Shown: positions 46,591 to 56,571 of the stretch, piece after piece
Layout: the number at the start of each line of letters is the position of its first letter
How positions within the stretch are numbered: the stretch's first letter is position 1
Source of the DNA: Ilumatobacteraceae bacterium
GTDB taxonomy: Bacteria > Actinomycetota > Acidimicrobiia > Acidimicrobiales > Ilumatobacteraceae
Length of the DNA: 64,000 nt
NCBI GenBank assembly: GCA_963728195.1
Contig: CAVSIX010000007.1
Location: 206,139 to 270,138, forward strand
Direction: 5' to 3'
The notes under the pieces: model-generated
What the model was told of the DNA's origin: nothing
The model's input: the letters and a program-made list of their open reading frames with translations, nothing else
Database searches by the model: none
Program-made: the position numbers and the translations under genes

Positions 46591-47883
46591 TCACGACCCG
46601 TCGTTGGTGGTGAGACGGTCGAGCGCATCCGGGGAGGTGGCGTCGACGACCCGGGCGATCGGGCGCCCACGGCCCGACACCGCAGCCATCGGCCCTCCCC
46701 GGACCGTCCCCGATGTCAACACGACGAACTCGACGTCGGGCGCCACTTCGTGTGCGATCGCCGCCTTGGCGATCGTTCGCCACACGGCGTCGATGCGGGC
46801 GAGACCCGATCGCGCTGGTGTGTGAACGCCGCCGAGCTCGAACAGCTGCACGGCCCCATCGGGACCCACGCCGCGGAAGCTGACCGTCACCCCCGGTGAG
46901 ACACGCACGTTCTCCTCGATGTCGACGAACCCCGCCTCGTCGAGCAGCGTGCGGGCGATCTCCTTGAGTGTGCGGCGCTCGACCGCCACGTGCGGCGCCA
47001 GCGATGCGACTCGGGCCAGAGCCTGGCGGACGTAGCCGCCATCGGTGTCGAAACCGATGTATCGACGGTTCGTGTTGACGGCGGCGACGGCCGTGGTACC
47101 CGAGCCCATGAACGGGTCGAGGACGACGTCGCCGTCGTAGGTGAAGAGCTGGATGCAGCGTTCGACCAGTGCGACCGGGAACGGCGCAGGGTGCCCGACG
47201 CGTGTGGCGCTCTCGGCGGGGATCTCCCACACGTCGAGCGTGGCCTCCATGAACTCGTCGCCGGGGATGGTCGCCACACCCGGTTCGCCCGCCGGCGCCG
47301 CGCCGCGACCGACGCGATCGAAGCGACCCTTGCTGGCGATGATCACGCGTTCGGTGGTGTCGCGCAGCACCGGGTTCGCGGGCGACTGGTACGACCCCCA
47401 CGCGCACGATCCACTGGCGCCTCGCTGCTTCTGCCACACGACTTCGCCGCGCAGCAGCAGTCGCAGGTCGTCCTGCAGGATCGTGGTGACGTCGGCGGCC
47501 AGGCTGCGATACGGCCGCCGGCCGAGGTTGGCGACGTTGACGGCGATGCGCCCGCCCGGTTCCAGCGTGCGAACACACTCGGCGAACACGTCGCGCAGCA
47601 TCGAGAGGTAGTCGAGATAGTCACCGGGCACGTGCCCTTCGCCCAGCGCGGTCTCGTACTCCTTGCCGGCGAAGTACGGCGGCGACGTGACGACCAGCGC
47701 AACGCTGGCGTCGGGCACGGCGGACATGTCGCGGGCGTCGCCGACGTGGATGACGTCGAGCTCTCCGGGCTCGCCGAGCCGGTCGTCGTCGCTGACCTCG
47801 GGCGGCGCGAATCGCGCGTAGAAGTCGGTCGAGTCGTGCGACTCGCGCTTGCCGACGCCGAACGACGAGGTCGAGGTACCCAC
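46591..47883 (-). CDS. DNA methyltransferase, beta class (N4-C/N6-A type) with about 130-aa C-terminal extension
   Basis: Motif IV SPPY lies upstream of motif I DPFMGSGTT, the permuted beta order. GTG start sits 8 nt after the SDR stop. The C-terminal region (TLKEIARTLLDEAGFVDIEENVRV...FELGG...) has no motif I recognise. Confidence 0.85.
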   Translation of the reverse strand: MGTSTSSFGVGKRESHDSTDFYARFAPPEVSDDDRLGEPGELDVIHVGDARDMSAVPDASVALVVTSPPYFAGKEYETALGEGHVPGDYLDYLSMLRDVFAECVRTLEPGGRIAVNVANLGRRPYRSLAADVTTILQDDLRLLLRGEVVWQKQRGASGSCAWGSYQSPANPVLRDTTERVIIASKGRFDRVGRGAAPAGEPGVATIPGDEFMEATLDVWEIPAESATRVGHPAPFPVALVERCIQLFTYDGDVVLDPFMGSGTTAVAAVNTNRRYIGFDTDGGYVRQALARVASLAPHVAVERRTLKEIARTLLDEAGFVDIEENVRVSPGVTVSFRGVGPDGAVQLFELGGVHTPARSGLARIDAVWRTIAKAAIAHEVAPDVEFVVLTSGTVRGGPMAAVSGRGRPIARVVDATSPDALDRLTTNDGS

Positions 47884-47890
47884 TGCTCGC

Positions 47891-48751
47891 TCAGCTCTCC
47901 GGGACGGTGATCGGCGGATTGACGCCATCGGCCGCGCGTTGAACTCGCGCCACCGACGCCTCGCGGGTGGAATCGTGCGTGAGGATCCAGAAGCGGCCTG
48001 CCTTGATGGCAGCGACGACGGCCGCAGCCACGTCACTCGCCGGGATGCCGCCGTCGACACCGGCGACGAGGGCTTGGTTGACGAACTGCGCCACCGGCGA
48101 CGCGACCGCGTCGGGCTCCTTGCCCATCAAATCGGTCCGGACGAACTCGGGACACAGCACGCTGGCGCCGACGGGCGATCCCGTCAACTCCAGTTCGAGG
48201 AACAAGCTCTCGCTCAAGCCGACCACGGCGTGCTTGCTCGCCACGTAGGGGGCGATGCCCGGCGCACCGTTGAGGCCCGCATGTGACGCCGTGCTGACGA
48301 TGTGGCCGACCCCTTGCTGCTGCATGATCGGCAGCGCAGCCCGGATGCCGTACACGACGCCGAGCACGTTGACGTCGAGCACCCGCTTCCAGAGATCGAC
48401 CGGATCGCTCCATGCGTCGCCGACACCGGCGATCCCGGCGTTGTTGAACATCACGTGGATCGCACCGAACTGCTCGAGGGCGTACTCGACGAGTGCGTCG
48501 ACCTCGGCTTCGACCGTGGTGTTGCACACCATCGTGGCAACCGATGCGCCGTCCTCGCTGAGCCGGGCCTCGACGTCGCGCAGCTTCGGGGCGTCGATGT
48601 CGGCGAGCACGACGCTCATCCCCTCCGCGATCATCGCCTCGGCGACGGCGAGACCGATGCCGCTGGCGCCTCCCGTGATCACGGCGACGTTGCCCGGCGC
48701 GACGGCGGGCGGGCGCGTCGAGGCGACGGTGTCGGTCTGCTGCGCGGACAT
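47891..48751 (-). CDS. SDR family oxidoreductase
   Basis: VAVITGGASGIG cofactor motif and catalytic YVASKHA (YxxxK). Confidence 0.9.
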   Translation of the reverse strand: MSAQQTDTVASTRPPAVAPGNVAVITGGASGIGLAVAEAMIAEGMSVVLADIDAPKLRDVEARLSEDGASVATMVCNTTVEAEVDALVEYALEQFGAIHVMFNNAGIAGVGDAWSDPVDLWKRVLDVNVLGVVYGIRAALPIMQQQGVGHIVSTASHAGLNGAPGIAPYVASKHAVVGLSESLFLELELTGSPVGASVLCPEFVRTDLMGKEPDAVASPVAQFVNQALVAGVDGGIPASDVAAAVVAAIKAGRFWILTHDSTREASVARVQRAADGVNPPITVPES

Positions 48752-48813
48752 CGCCCAAATCTAGGACGCCCGACCCCGCCGCCGACGGGATGGACCCACG
48801 ACGGCGAGCCCCA

Positions 48814-48871
48814 CCACGTTCGTGTGCGGATTCGGGTGGGGCGGTCCACCCGAATCTCTCCACGAACGTGG
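48814..48871. repeat. palindromic intergenic repeat, family A, copy 4
   Basis: CCACGTTCGTGTGCGGATTCGGGTGG-GGCGGT-CCACCCGAATCTCTCCACGAACGTGG, in the divergent region between the SDR and the flavoprotein gene. Confidence 0.75.
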
Positions 48872-48914
48872 GGTAGCGCACCGCCGAAGTGGCACGGGTA
48901 CCGTTACACGAGTC

Positions 48915-50861
48915 ATGGCCTACCGCTTCTTGTGGTCTCCTCTCCAGCTCGGTCCGGTCGAGGTGCGCAACCGCATCGTGTTCTCGGCGCACCTCACGAA
49001 CTACGCCCGCGACGGCCTGCCGACCGAGCAGCACGCCGCGTACTACGCCGCGCGAGCTGCGGGAGGCACCGGTCTGATCATCACCGAGGAGCACTCGACG
49101 CACCCGACCGACTGGCCGTACGAGAAGCTGATCCACGGCTTCCACCGTGAGGTGATCCCCGGGTACCGCAAGATCACCGAGGCGGTGCACCGCCACCGTG
49201 TGCCGATCTTCGCCCAGATCAACCACAACGGCGGGCAGGCCTCGTCGATGTACTCGCGCCTGCCGGTGTGGGGCCCGTCGGCGATCGCCGACCCGCTCTT
49301 CCGCGAGGTCCCCAAAGCGGTCACGCAGGCCGAGATCGACGAGGTCGTCGCCGGCTACGCGCTGGTCGCCGAGCACTGTGCCGAGGGCGGATTCGACGGC
49401 ATCGAGCTGCAGTGCTCGCACAGCTCGATCGTGCGCGGGTTCCTCTCCCCCGCCACCAATCACCGCACCGACGACTACGGCGGCTCGCTCGAGAATCGGA
49501 CCCGGTTGCTCGTCGAGATCGTCGCCGCGGTCCGCAAGGAGATCGGCCGCGGCATGGCGCTCGGCGTGCGCATCTGCGGCGACGAGCTGATCGAGCACGG
49601 CACCACGATCGACGACGCAGTCCGCATCGCGCAGATCGTCGAGGCGACCGGCCAGGTCGACTACATCAACACCTCGATCGGTGTCGCCACGGCGAGCCTG
49701 TTCATGATCGAGGCGTCGATGCACGTCCCGCCCGGCTACGCGATGTTCATCCCCTCCGCCATCCGCAAGGCAGTCGACCTGCCGGTGGTCGGCGTCGGCC
49801 GCTTCAAGGATCCCCTCCAGGCCGAGCGAGCACTGTCGGAGGGCCACTGCGACCTCGTCGGGGTCGTACGGGGCCAGATCGCCGACGCCGACTTCGTCGC
49901 CAAGGCACGCGCCGGCGCCACCGACGAGACCCGGCTGTGCCTGTCGTGCAACCAGGAGTGCGTCGGACGCATGGGACTCAACCGGTGGCTCGGCTGCATC
50001 GAGAACCCACGCACCGGCCGCGAGTCCGAGGGCGTGGGCGCCGTCCGTCTCGCCGCCGAACCGAAGTCGGTGATGGTCGTCGGTGCCGGACCGGCCGGCC
50101 TGCAGGCCGCGATCGCCGCACGTCGCAACGGTCACACGGTGACGGTGTACGAGAAGGAGCCGATCGCCGGTGGGCAGGTCCGTCTCGCCGCATCGGTGCC
50201 CAACCGGGCCGAGTTCGGCGACATGGTCCGCAACCAGCTCACCGAGTGCCGTCGCCTCGGCGTCGAGATCGAGTACGGCGTCGGCGTCTGGCCCGGCCTC
50301 GTCGAGGAGAAGCGGCCCGACCACGTGATCGTCGCCACCGGCGCCGAGGCCGCACTGCCGTACTGGGTGCCCGCCGACGCCGACAACGTCGTCGACGTCC
50401 GCCAGGTGCTCGACGGGTCGGTCCATCCGTTCGGTGACGTCGTCGTCTTCGACGAGATCGGCTTCCACCATGCCACCTCGACCGCCGAGGTACTGGCCGA
50501 CCGCGGCTGCAACGTCGAGATCATCACGCCCGGCATGGTCGTCGGCCAGGATCTCGGCATCACGCTCGACATGGAGAACTGGTGGATCCGTGCCGGCGAG
50601 AAGGGGATCGTGCAGACGACCGACCTCGTGCCGATGGGGATGGACGGGCGCACGCTGAACCTGCTGCACCACCCGACCGGCACGAACGTGACGAGGACTC
50701 CTGACTGGGTCGTGCTGGCGGTGCACGCCCATCCCGTCGAATGGCTGTACCACGACCTGAAGAATGCCGGCGTCAGCGTCGAGCGCGTCGGCGACTGCGT
50801 CGCCCCACGTCGCGCCCACGCCGCCGTCGTCGAAGGGGAACGGGCCGGCGCCACCGTGTGA
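48915..50861 (+). CDS. NADH:flavin oxidoreductase / 2,4-dienoyl-CoA reductase (FadH)-like Fe-S flavoprotein
   Basis: OYE-like TIM-barrel N-domain, cluster motif CLSCNQECVGRMGLNRWLGC, and a C-terminal VVGAGPAGL Rossmann domain. Confidence 0.88.
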   Translation: MAYRFLWSPLQLGPVEVRNRIVFSAHLTNYARDGLPTEQHAAYYAARAAGGTGLIITEEHSTHPTDWPYEKLIHGFHREVIPGYRKITEAVHRHRVPIFAQINHNGGQASSMYSRLPVWGPSAIADPLFREVPKAVTQAEIDEVVAGYALVAEHCAEGGFDGIELQCSHSSIVRGFLSPATNHRTDDYGGSLENRTRLLVEIVAAVRKEIGRGMALGVRICGDELIEHGTTIDDAVRIAQIVEATGQVDYINTSIGVATASLFMIEASMHVPPGYAMFIPSAIRKAVDLPVVGVGRFKDPLQAERALSEGHCDLVGVVRGQIADADFVAKARAGATDETRLCLSCNQECVGRMGLNRWLGCIENPRTGRESEGVGAVRLAAEPKSVMVVGAGPAGLQAAIAARRNGHTVTVYEKEPIAGGQVRLAASVPNRAEFGDMVRNQLTECRRLGVEIEYGVGVWPGLVEEKRPDHVIVATGAEAALPYWVPADADNVVDVRQVLDGSVHPFGDVVVFDEIGFHHATSTAEVLADRGCNVEIITPGMVVGQDLGITLDMENWWIRAGEKGIVQTTDLVPMGMDGRTLNLLHHPTGTNVTRTPDWVVLAVHAHPVEWLYHDLKNAGVSVERVGDCVAPRRAHAAVVEGERAGATV

Positions 50862-50864
50862 CCG

Positions 50865-50897
50865 TCACACCTGGGGTCAGACCCCTGGCGTGACACC
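50865..50897. repeat. palindrome, family C, copy 2
   Basis: GTCACACCTGGGGTC-A-GACCCCTGGCGTGAC, immediately after the flavoprotein stop. Confidence 0.75.
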
Positions 50898-50913
50898 TGC
50901 AACACTCGACGGC

Positions 50914-53439
50914 GTGATCGACATCGATGCGGCGTTGGCCGCCCTCACTCTCCACGACAAGTGCCAACTCGTCGCCGGGCGTTCCACGTGGCGCACGCAC
51001 GGCTTTCCCGACGCCGGCGTCCCGCAGCTGAAGATGTCCGACGGCCCGAACGGCGTCCGCGGCGAGGGCCACGGCGGCTCGGCGACGCCCGGCGTCGTCG
51101 TTCCCGCCGGGATCACGCTGGGCGCCACGTGGGATCCGCACCTCGTCGGCGAGATCGGTTCGCTCGTCGGCACCGAGGCGCTGCGCAAGCGTTCCCACAT
51201 CGTGCTCGGCCCGACGGTCAACCTCCACCGCACCCCGGTCGGCGGCAGGACGTTCGAGTGCTACAGCGAAGACCCCGAACTCACCGGCGCACTCGCCGTG
51301 GCCTACGTCCGCGGCGTCCAGTCCCACGACGTGGCGGTCACCGTGAAGCACTTCGTCGGCAACGACACCGAGATCGAGCGGATGTCCGTCGACGTGCGCA
51401 TCGACGAGCGCACCCTGCGCGAGCTGTACCTACGTCCCTTCGAACGCACGGTGAAGGAGGCCGATGCCTGGGGCATCATGAGCGCGTACAACCGCCTCGA
51501 CGGCGAATTCTGCGCCCACAACCGGCGCCTGCTCACCGACGTCCTGCGCGACGAGTGGGGATTCGACGGTTTCGTCGTGTCCGACTGGTTCGGTGTCCAC
51601 GACGCCGTCCCGGCCGCCCACGCCGGCCTGGACCTCGAGATGCCGGGCCCGGTTCGCATCTACGGCGGGAAGCTCGCCGATGCGGTCGAGCGCGGCGACG
51701 TCACCGAGGCGGAGGTCGACCGCCTCGTGCGCAACCTGCTCGTGCTCGCCAACCGCGTGCGCGCCGACGAACGGTCGGCCGACGACGACGAGATGTCGGT
51801 CGACGACCCTGCCGAGCGGGCACTGACCCGCCGAGCGGCGATCGCCGGCACCGTGCTGCTGCGCAACGACGCCGGAGCCGACGGCACCACGGTGCTGCCG
51901 TTCGACGCCACCACCCTGCAATCGGTCGCCGTCATCGGACCCAACGCCTCGATCGACCGCTGCATGGGAGGCGGCTCGGCGAGCCTGACGCCGTTCGGCC
52001 ACCGGACCCTGCTCTCGGCGATCACCGACCGGGTGGGTCCGGACAGCGATGTCGGGGCCACCGTCACGTACGAACCAGGCGTGCGCATCGACCGCCTCAC
52101 GCCCGTGATCCGCAAGGGCCAGCTGCGGCGGCCCGACGGCGAACCGGGCCTGCGCATCTCGTACGTGAACGGTATCGACTGGGACGGTGACGTCGCCGCC
52201 GAGGAGACCGCAAGTACCACGCTGGTCCGCTTCTTCGGGTCGACACCGAGCGGCATCGATCCTCGGGCGTTCTCCGCACGCATCGACGGCGAGTTCGTGC
52301 CCGACGCCGACGGTCCGCACACGGTCGGCGTCGTGTCGACCGGTCCGGTCACCATGGCGGTCGACGACGGATCGGGCATGACGACGTTGGTCGACGACCC
52401 GCACATGGAACTCCCCCGAAGCGAGGAGTTCTTCGGCTACGGCAGCATCGAAGTGGCCAGCACCATCGAGTGCCGCGCCGGTGTGCCCGTGCCGATTGCG
52501 GTCAAGTGGTCGACCGCCGCCGGCAACGGTTTCGCCGCGATCCGCGTCGGCATCCGTTCACCGGAGCCGGCCGATCTGATGGACCGGGCCGTCGCCGCCG
52601 CTGCGGCCGCCGACATCGCGGTCGTGATGGTCGGCACCAACGACGAGTGGGAGACCGAGGGCCACGACCGCACGTCGATGGACCTCCCCGGCCGCCAGGA
52701 CGAACTCGTACGTCGGGTGGTCGCCGCCAACCCGCGCACCGCCGTGGTCGTGAATGCCGGGTCCCCCGTGACGATGGACTGGGCCGCCGACGACGACCCG
52801 GGCCGCGCCCCTGCGGTCCTGACGTCGTTCTTCGCCGGCCAGGAACAGGCCGAAGGGCTCGTCGACGTGCTGCTCGGCGTCGCCGATCCCGGCGGACGTC
52901 TGCCGACGACCATCCCGAAGCGCCTCGCCGATCATCCCGCCCACGTCCATCATCGGCCCGACCACGACAGCACCGGAGCCGGCACCCAGCGCTACGGCGA
53001 AGGCCTGTTCATGGGGTACCGCGGCTACGACGCCCGTCAGCTCGCGCCGCGCTTCGCGTTCGGTCACGGTCTCAGCTACGGCACCACAGAGTGGGGCGAT
53101 GCCACGGTCTCTTCCGTCTCGATGCCACGCGACGGTGCGGTGACGGTGACCGTGCCGGTGACCGCCACGGGCGACCGCGACGCGACCGTGGTCGTACAGG
53201 GCTATGTCGCACCGGTCGCTCCGGCGGCGGTTCGCCCTCCGAAGGAACTCAAGACGTGGTCGAAGCGGATCGTCGCCGCCAGTTCCACCGCCGAGGTGAC
53301 GCTCGACTTCGGCGCCGACGCGTTCCACCGCTGGGACACTGCGACGAACGACTGGATCGTCGAGCCCGGCGAGTACGACCTCGTGATCGCCGCCTCCGCC
53401 ACCGACGAGCGAGCCCGCCTGCGCATCACGATCACCTGA
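50914..53439 (+). CDS. glycoside hydrolase family 3 beta-glucosidase
   Basis: GH3 motifs MSDGPNGVRG, KHFVGND and VVSDWFG, a C-terminal domain, and an FnIII-like tail. GTG start chosen after the palindrome; an alternative GTG lies at 50890. Confidence 0.9.
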   Translation: MIDIDAALAALTLHDKCQLVAGRSTWRTHGFPDAGVPQLKMSDGPNGVRGEGHGGSATPGVVVPAGITLGATWDPHLVGEIGSLVGTEALRKRSHIVLGPTVNLHRTPVGGRTFECYSEDPELTGALAVAYVRGVQSHDVAVTVKHFVGNDTEIERMSVDVRIDERTLRELYLRPFERTVKEADAWGIMSAYNRLDGEFCAHNRRLLTDVLRDEWGFDGFVVSDWFGVHDAVPAAHAGLDLEMPGPVRIYGGKLADAVERGDVTEAEVDRLVRNLLVLANRVRADERSADDDEMSVDDPAERALTRRAAIAGTVLLRNDAGADGTTVLPFDATTLQSVAVIGPNASIDRCMGGGSASLTPFGHRTLLSAITDRVGPDSDVGATVTYEPGVRIDRLTPVIRKGQLRRPDGEPGLRISYVNGIDWDGDVAAEETASTTLVRFFGSTPSGIDPRAFSARIDGEFVPDADGPHTVGVVSTGPVTMAVDDGSGMTTLVDDPHMELPRSEEFFGYGSIEVASTIECRAGVPVPIAVKWSTAAGNGFAAIRVGIRSPEPADLMDRAVAAAAAADIAVVMVGTNDEWETEGHDRTSMDLPGRQDELVRRVVAANPRTAVVVNAGSPVTMDWAADDDPGRAPAVLTSFFAGQEQAEGLVDVLLGVADPGGRLPTTIPKRLADHPAHVHHRPDHDSTGAGTQRYGEGLFMGYRGYDARQLAPRFAFGHGLSYGTTEWGDATVSSVSMPRDGAVTVTVPVTATGDRDATVVVQGYVAPVAPAAVRPPKELKTWSKRIVAASSTAEVTLDFGADAFHRWDTATNDWIVEPGEYDLVIAASATDERARLRITIT

Positions 53440-53461
53440 CCCGGCCCCGACGCGCCCCACC

Positions 53462-53500
53462 GATGAGCGAACCGACCACATGCCGGCTTTTCGCTCATCG
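53462..53500. repeat. hairpin repeat, family B, copy 5 (inverted orientation)
   Basis: GATGAGCGAACCGACCACATGCCGGCTTTTCGCTCATCG. It matches the reverse complement of copies 1-4. Confidence 0.8.
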
Positions 53501-53522
53501 CACACCCTGACGCGCCACCGTC

Positions 53523-53561
53523 GATGAGCGAACCGACCACATGCCGGCTCTTCGCTCATCG
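53523..53561. repeat. hairpin repeat, family B, copy 6 (tandem, 61-bp period)
   Basis: GATGAGCGAACCGACCACATGCCGGCTCTTCGCTCATCG, placed 61 bp after copy 5. Confidence 0.8.
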
Positions 53562-53621
53562 CAGGCGGGACGTACGCGCCGAGGGCAGGTCGATCCCGAC
53601 CGGCGGTAATCTCAGGCCGGC

Positions 53622-54311
53622 ATGGCCGTGATCGTCGCGAACATCATCACCGACGTCACGGACTGGCTCGACGAGTTCTCGTCCAGCCAGTGGTTCCTGC
53701 TGATCATCTTCTCGGTGGCGCTGCTCGATTCGATCCTGCCGATCGTCCCCGGAGAGACCACCGTCATCGCCGGTGGCGTCGCCGCCGGCGCCGGCAACCA
53801 GACGCTGGCTCTCGTCATCCTCGCCGGCGCCGTCGGTGCGTTCCTCGGCGACAACCTCGCCTATGCGATCGGCAACCGCTTCGAACCGCGGGTGCGCGCC
53901 TGGGCGGCGCGCAAACCCAATCGGGGCGCCCGGCTCGACTCGGCCGGTCTCCAGATCAAGAAGCGCGGCGGGCTCCTGTTGATCACCGCCCGGTTCATCC
54001 CCGGCGGACGCACGATCCTGACCGTGTCATCGGGCATCACCCAGCAGCCACGTCTGTGGTTCGCCGCCTGGGTCGCCGTCGCCGCGACGATCTGGGCCAC
54101 CTATGCCGCCGGGCTGGGCTACCTGTTCGGTCAGGCGTTCGAGGACGATCACGCGATCGCGTTCTGGCTGGCCTTCGGCACCGCCTTGTCGATCACGGCG
54201 CTCGTCGAGGTGATCCGTTGGGTGAAGGACCGGCGCACCATCGCACCCGCCGGGGCCACCGCGACGGTGATTGCGCACGCCGACGACGGCGACCGTACGC
54301 TGGACGGATGA
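53622..54311 (+). CDS. DedA family (VTT domain) membrane protein
   Basis: LPIVPGETTVIAGG and ARFIPGGRT motifs with 4-5 TM helices. Confidence 0.85.
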   Translation: MAVIVANIITDVTDWLDEFSSSQWFLLIIFSVALLDSILPIVPGETTVIAGGVAAGAGNQTLALVILAGAVGAFLGDNLAYAIGNRFEPRVRAWAARKPNRGARLDSAGLQIKKRGGLLLITARFIPGGRTILTVSSGITQQPRLWFAAWVAVAATIWATYAAGLGYLFGQAFEDDHAIAFWLAFGTALSITALVEVIRWVKDRRTIAPAGATATVIAHADDGDRTLDG

Positions 54312-55255
54312 TCGCTCTGGTCCCGGTTCGCGACGGCGTGTTGCCGGCCGGCGCACCCGATGCGATCGCCGAGGCAGGTGGTCGGGTGTTGGTCGTGGGG
54401 ACGGGCACGACCAACACCCACCTCGACGGAATCGCTTCCGAGGCATACCTGGCAGAGATCGGTCCGGTCGAGATCGGGCGCTGGGCCGCCACGCTGGCAC
54501 CCCTCCTCGCGACGCTCGCCGACAGCGACATCGTCGTGCTGCCCCATGCACCCGACGGCCGCGACCTCGCGCCGCGACTGGCGGCGGTGCTCGATCGGCC
54601 GCTCCTCGCCGGCGCCACCGAGGTCAGCGCGCACCGGGTCCGCGTCGCTCGGCGTGGCGGCCTGGAACTGCACGAGCTGCGCCCCACCGGGCCGTTCGTC
54701 GCCACGCTGCAGCCGGGGACACGAGGCGGGTTGGTGCTCGACACGCCGCCCGCCGTGCACCAGCTCGACGTCGACACATCCCCGGTGGCCGCCGGTGCAT
54801 GCGATGCCCGTGTGGTCGAGGTGTTGCCACCCGACGTCCACACGATGGACCTCACCGAGGCCAGCAGGATCGTCGGCGGTGGCGCCGGCCTCGAGAGCGA
54901 CGACCGCTTCGCCCAACTCGACCGGTTCGCCGGCGCGATCGGCGGCGTGATGGGCGCGACCCGCGTGATCACCGACCGCTCGTGGGTGCACCACGACCGC
55001 CAGATCGGCACGACCGGCGTGGTCGTCGATCCCGAGCTGTACCTGTCGTTCGGAGTCAGCGGCGCCGTGCAGCACACGAGCGGCCTCGGCCATCCCGATC
55101 ACATCATCAGCGTCAACACCGATCCGCACTGTCCGATGATGTCGATGTCCGACCTGGCGATCGTCGCCGACGCCAACGAGACGCTCGACGAGCTGCTGCG
55201 GCAGCTCGAAGTGACGAGCGGCGCCGCCGCACCACCCGTGCAGGAAGCGTCGTGA
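54308..55255 (+). CDS. etfA: electron transfer flavoprotein alpha subunit (EtfA/FixB-like)
   Basis: ATGA overlap with the dedA stop. The C-terminal FAD-binding half has IVGGGAGL, IGTTGVVVDPELYLSFGVSGAVQH and VNTDPHCPM. Confidence 0.85.
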   Translation: MIALVPVRDGVLPAGAPDAIAEAGGRVLVVGTGTTNTHLDGIASEAYLAEIGPVEIGRWAATLAPLLATLADSDIVVLPHAPDGRDLAPRLAAVLDRPLLAGATEVSAHRVRVARRGGLELHELRPTGPFVATLQPGTRGGLVLDTPPAVHQLDVDTSPVAAGACDARVVEVLPPDVHTMDLTEASRIVGGGAGLESDDRFAQLDRFAGAIGGVMGATRVITDRSWVHHDRQIGTTGVVVDPELYLSFGVSGAVQHTSGLGHPDHIISVNTDPHCPMMSMSDLAIVADANETLDELLRQLEVTSGAAAPPVQEAS

Positions 55256-56571
55256 TCGTCGCCGCCGACGTGCCGTCGGTCGACGTGATCGTCGTCGGTG
55301 CCGGACCCGCCGGCTCTGCGGCGGCGACCGTGCTCGCCCGCAAGGGACATTCGGTGATCCTGCTCGAACGCGGCTCGTTCCCGGGGTCGAAGAACATGTA
55401 CGGCGGCGTCGTGTACCCGCGCATCCTCGACCAGTTGCACCCGCAGTGGTGGAACGAGGCGCCGATCCAACGCTGGATCACCCGTCGCTCCACGATGGTG
55501 CTCACCGACACCCAGGCGCTCACCGTCGACTTCCGCTCGGCGAACTGGGGCAAGCCGCCGTACAACGGAGCGACCGCCTTCCGGCCCGACTGGGATCACT
55601 GGCTGGCGAGCAAGGCAGAAGCCGACGGTGTCCAACTCGTGGTGTCGACGACCGCGACCGGCCTGCTGCGCGACGAGCGCGGCCACGTCATCGGGGTCAC
55701 CACCGACCGACCCGACGGCGACCTGCACGCTCGCCTCGTGATCGCCTGCGATGGCGTCAACAGCTTCCTGGCGAAGGAGGCCGGCCTCTACGGCGACGTC
55801 GACGCGGCCAACTACACCGTCGGCGTCAAGGAGACCATCGCCCTGCCCAAGGACGTGATCGACGAGCGGTTCGGCGTCCGTGATCGCGAAGGTGTCGACA
55901 TCGAGATCCTCGGTGGCACGTCGGGCGTGAACGGCGGCGGATTCGTCTACACCAACCTCGACACGTTGGCCGTCGGGGTCGTGTTGAAGCTCCCGAAACT
56001 GGCGGCACAGCAGCTGCGCCCCGAGGAGATCATCGCCAACCTCAAGGCACACCCCGGCATCGCTCCGCTCGTGGAAGGTGGCGAAATCAAGGAGTACTCG
56101 GCCCACGTCATCCCCGAGGCCGGCCTGGCGATGATGCCGAAGATGACCGGTGACGGAATGCTGGTCGCCGGCGACGCCGCAGCGATGTGTCTCGCCGCCG
56201 GCATCTGGCTCGAGGGCGTGAACTTCGCCATGGCCAGCGGGATGTACGCCGCCGAAGCCGCCGCCGAAGCGCTGACGGCGAACGACACGACCGCCGCCGG
56301 GCTCGCGGGGTACGAGCGCCGGCTGAACGACACGTTCGTGTTGCGCGATCACCGCAAGCTGCGGCGGGCCCCGTCGCTCGTGCTGTCAGATCGGGTCCAG
56401 CATCTGTATCCGCACATGATCGCCAATACGGTGGAGCGCATGTTCCGTGTCGACAATCCCACGCCGAAGCCGGGGCTGCGGCGGGTCCTGCGCGAGGAGC
56501 GCAAACGCGCCGGTGTGAAGCTGAGAGACCTTGCGAGCGACACGCTGACGGGCCTGCGGAGCTTCGGATGA
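55252..56571 (+). CDS. fixC: FAD-dependent ETF-quinone oxidoreductase FixC-like
   Basis: GTGA overlap with the etfA stop. DVIVVGAGPAGSAAA dinucleotide fold, 439 aa. Confidence 0.85.
   Translation: MIVAADVPSVDVIVVGAGPAGSAAATVLARKGHSVILLERGSFPGSKNMYGGVVYPRILDQLHPQWWNEAPIQRWITRRSTMVLTDTQALTVDFRSANWGKPPYNGATAFRPDWDHWLASKAEADGVQLVVSTTATGLLRDERGHVIGVTTDRPDGDLHARLVIACDGVNSFLAKEAGLYGDVDAANYTVGVKETIALPKDVIDERFGVRDREGVDIEILGGTSGVNGGGFVYTNLDTLAVGVVLKLPKLAAQQLRPEEIIANLKAHPGIAPLVEGGEIKEYSAHVIPEAGLAMMPKMTGDGMLVAGDAAAMCLAAGIWLEGVNFAMASGMYAAEAAAEALTANDTTAAGLAGYERRLNDTFVLRDHRKLRRAPSLVLSDRVQHLYPHMIANTVERMFRVDNPTPKPGLRRVLREERKRAGVKLRDLASDTLTGLRSFG

Noticed and set aside
48033-50819. 928-aa minus-strand ORF in the track.
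   Set aside because: It lies antisense to the SDR and the FadH-like flavoprotein gene, both of which have clear motifs. The ORF itself is low-complexity and Arg/Gly/Asp-rich.
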